DNA of 26,110 nucleotides from the IMG/VR virus record IMGVR_UViG_3300023096_000001, positions 70,134 to 96,243 of that record; one strand, written 5' to 3'. Under the pieces are notes generated by a model. It ran no database searches. It was not told where the DNA came from and saw only the letters and a list, made by a program, of their open reading frames with translations. Shown here in pieces: positions 24,599 through 26,110 of the stretch. A program made the translations under genes and the position numbers. Origin of the DNA: a virus. Position 1 is the stretch's first letter, and each line of letters starts with the position of its first letter.

Positions 24599-24934
24599 CT
24601 AAATTTGATTGCGATGCCCTGCTCTAATCGCTATCCTAAGCTTCTCCAGCGCATTCTTCCTTTTCACAGCATTCCCACCGGCAAATAGCATAATAATAAA
24701 CCCTCCATCAATAAGCTCTTTATAAAGCGCCGTTTCAGGAGCCATGCGGATGATACTGTTGGAAGGATTCACCTGCAAATCTTTCAGCAGAAAGAGTATG
24801 TCATCAATGCGTACCTGGTCGTTGTACACCCATTCCATCTTAACCCGGCTGAAGATATTCACTTCGAGGTGTGTTTCGCTGGAAGGGGTTGATTCGATGT
24901 AGATTTCTGATTTAATTTTGGCGGTGATTTTCAT
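24599..24934 (-). CDS. Hypothetical protein (111 aa)
   Basis: ATGA-coupled to the HNH gene. Confidence 0.65.
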   Translation of the reverse strand: MKITAKIKSEIYIESTPSSETHLEVNIFSRVKMEWVYNDQVRIDDILFLLKDLQVNPSNSIIRMAPETALYKELIDGGFIIMLFAGGNAVKRKNALEKLRIAIRAGHRNQI

Positions 24935-25503
24935 AAGTTATTCCAAGTTTTCCATTCTACTTTTTTATTCTTTTGAACCAGCCTCTTGATTACGTAAAAG
25001 CTCACGCCATACTGATCAGCAATATCTTGTTTCGTTGGAGTGCCTAACACTTTGCTCACTTTGCCAAATTGATAATTAGCTCTAATTTCTCGCACTTGAT
25101 CATTCGTTAATGTAGCGCAAGGGTTTTTATCTCCGTGAACAGATTTATTCCCTTCTCTAAAAGCATGTAAAGTATTTTGAGATTTACTTACCCATTCTAA
25201 ATTATTTACAGAATTATCTGAACGATTAGAGTTTTTGTGGTTTACATCATCGAATCCAACCTCTGGAGTGCCCCAAAAAGTGAGTGCAATTATCCTGTGA
25301 ACTTTTATAGTGCCAATCTTCCCATCAGAATCTCTTTTAAGCATTGTTCTTAAATACCCGCAAGCATCGGCATGTGGTTTCATAATGGCTTCTATACCTT
25401 TATTCTTCCAGTTAAAAGTTTTAATTCTTCCAAAGGTAGATGCTTCATACAAACTATATCCTGGTATAGTTTTCCAAATTTCTTCTGTGTCACTATAATT
25501 CAT
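24931..25503 (-). CDS. NUMOD4-HNH homing endonuclease with C-terminal HTH
   Basis: EIWKTIPGYSLYEASTFGRIK (NUMOD4). VHRIIALTF...VNHKNSNRSDNSVNNLEWV...N (HNH). Helical DNA-binding tail. Confidence 0.92.
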   Translation of the reverse strand: MNYSDTEEIWKTIPGYSLYEASTFGRIKTFNWKNKGIEAIMKPHADACGYLRTMLKRDSDGKIGTIKVHRIIALTFWGTPEVGFDDVNHKNSNRSDNSVNNLEWVSKSQNTLHAFREGNKSVHGDKNPCATLTNDQVREIRANYQFGKVSKVLGTPTKQDIADQYGVSFYVIKRLVQKNKKVEWKTWNNL

Positions 25504-25515
25504 AAAGATGTCATT

Positions 25516-26109
25516 TTAAAATCCTGGATCAATATTTAGGTTTGTTTTTAGGGAGCCGTCTTCATTATAAAAACTTTCCTCAAATTCTTTTTCAATTTCA
25601 CTTTTAACAGGTGGCTCCGCAAAGCTGCTGCCAATGGGTAGCTTGTTGATGTCGGTTAATTGCGGAGGTGGAGGCAAAACTTCCGGTTCGGGGAAATTAA
25701 TTACTTCTTGTACGTTTCGCTTATTCCTTAACTCCATTTCATTTTCGTAAGCATAACCTTCCTCCGCATATCTCCCTGTCGGGGCATCATAAGAAAAAGC
25801 CACACTTCCAACTTTACCTATGAACTTGAATTTTATCTTCTGGATATAGACCTTGACAGTATTCGTTATAAAATCTCTGGCAATGGATATACCGTTATCA
25901 GTTTTATTGAAAAAGTTTGCCGAACCGGCAATGTCATACATAGTCGCTACTAAGAAGTTACCATCTTTATCCTTACCCAGCTTGGTAGGGTGCGCAATTA
26001 AAAAGATATGGACCAAATTCTTTTTAGCAAAATTACTGATCTTGGTCATCAACTCACTTATATACTGCGTCTCTGTGTATCCTTTCGGAATTTTGTGTTC
26101 GATATAATT
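25516..26109 (-). CDS. C-terminal part of a Twinkle/T7 gp4-like primase-helicase (DnaB superfamily), 5' truncated
   Basis: Frame open to the window edge (NYIEHKIPKGYTETQYISEL...). HIFLIAHPTK, YDIAGSANFFNKTDNGI, QKIKF...G..G, TGRY motifs. Acidic tail ending in F. Confidence 0.88.
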   Translation of the reverse strand, partial: NYIEHKIPKGYTETQYISELMTKISNFAKKNLVHIFLIAHPTKLGKDKDGNFLVATMYDIAGSANFFNKTDNGISIARDFITNTVKVYIQKIKFKFIGKVGSVAFSYDAPTGRYAEEGYAYENEMELRNKRNVQEVINFPEPEVLPPPPQLTDINKLPIGSSFAEPPVKSEIEKEFEESFYNEDGSLKTNLNIDPGF

Positions 26110-26110
26110 G

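Larger units (their letters stand above)
1..26110. mobile_element. Fragment of a tailed phage/prophage (late structural-lysis arm convergent with replication arm), probable Bacteroidota host
   Basis: Dense, often overlapping genes: GH19 endolysin, tailspike-like beta-helix proteins, tail-fibre repeats, DUF1353, RuvC-like resolvase, DUF1643, NUMOD4-HNH, primase-helicase. No host housekeeping genes. No integrase or att site in view, so prophage versus free phage is unresolved. Confidence 0.9.

Noticed and set aside
8-26107. Short antisense and alternate-frame ORFs in the track (for example 221..478, 13155..13481, 17344..17691, 23276..23632)
   Set aside because: They lie within longer motif-bearing genes and show no recognisable features, so they are treated as shadow ORFs.

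Overview
The whole window looks like part of a tailed phage or prophage. Its host is probably a Bacteroidota: genes lack Shine-Dalgarno leaders, signal peptides cleave before Gln, and several modules resemble SprB/CHU Ig domains. There are two convergent arms. The + arm (1-21020) is a late region. It opens with a block of very Cys-rich, repeat-built proteins without signal peptides (1-7927). Next come four membrane/exported proteins and a GH19 endolysin (7924-10184). It ends with a large receptor-binding array (10188-20609): three beta-helix proteins, a collagen mini-protein, two small adaptors, a LamG-like protein and a tail-fibre-repeat protein with a Sec signal peptide, followed by DUF1353. 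The - arm (21017-26110) is an early/replication region with a truncated primase-helicase, a NUMOD4-HNH endonuclease, DUF1643, a cupin, a RuvC-like resolvase and several tiny membrane proteins. The most unusual signals are (i) apparently split Ig-like domains with orphan Cys, suggesting a disulfide-locked, strand-complemented appendage, (ii) a tail fibre with an export signal, (iii) a duplicated lysis-gene pair with no lipoprotein spanin, and (iv) N-terminal modules shared combinatorially among the receptor-binding proteins. All family assignments come from motif recognition by eye, not from database searches. No tRNA, rRNA, CRISPR array, integrase or reverse transcriptase was seen.
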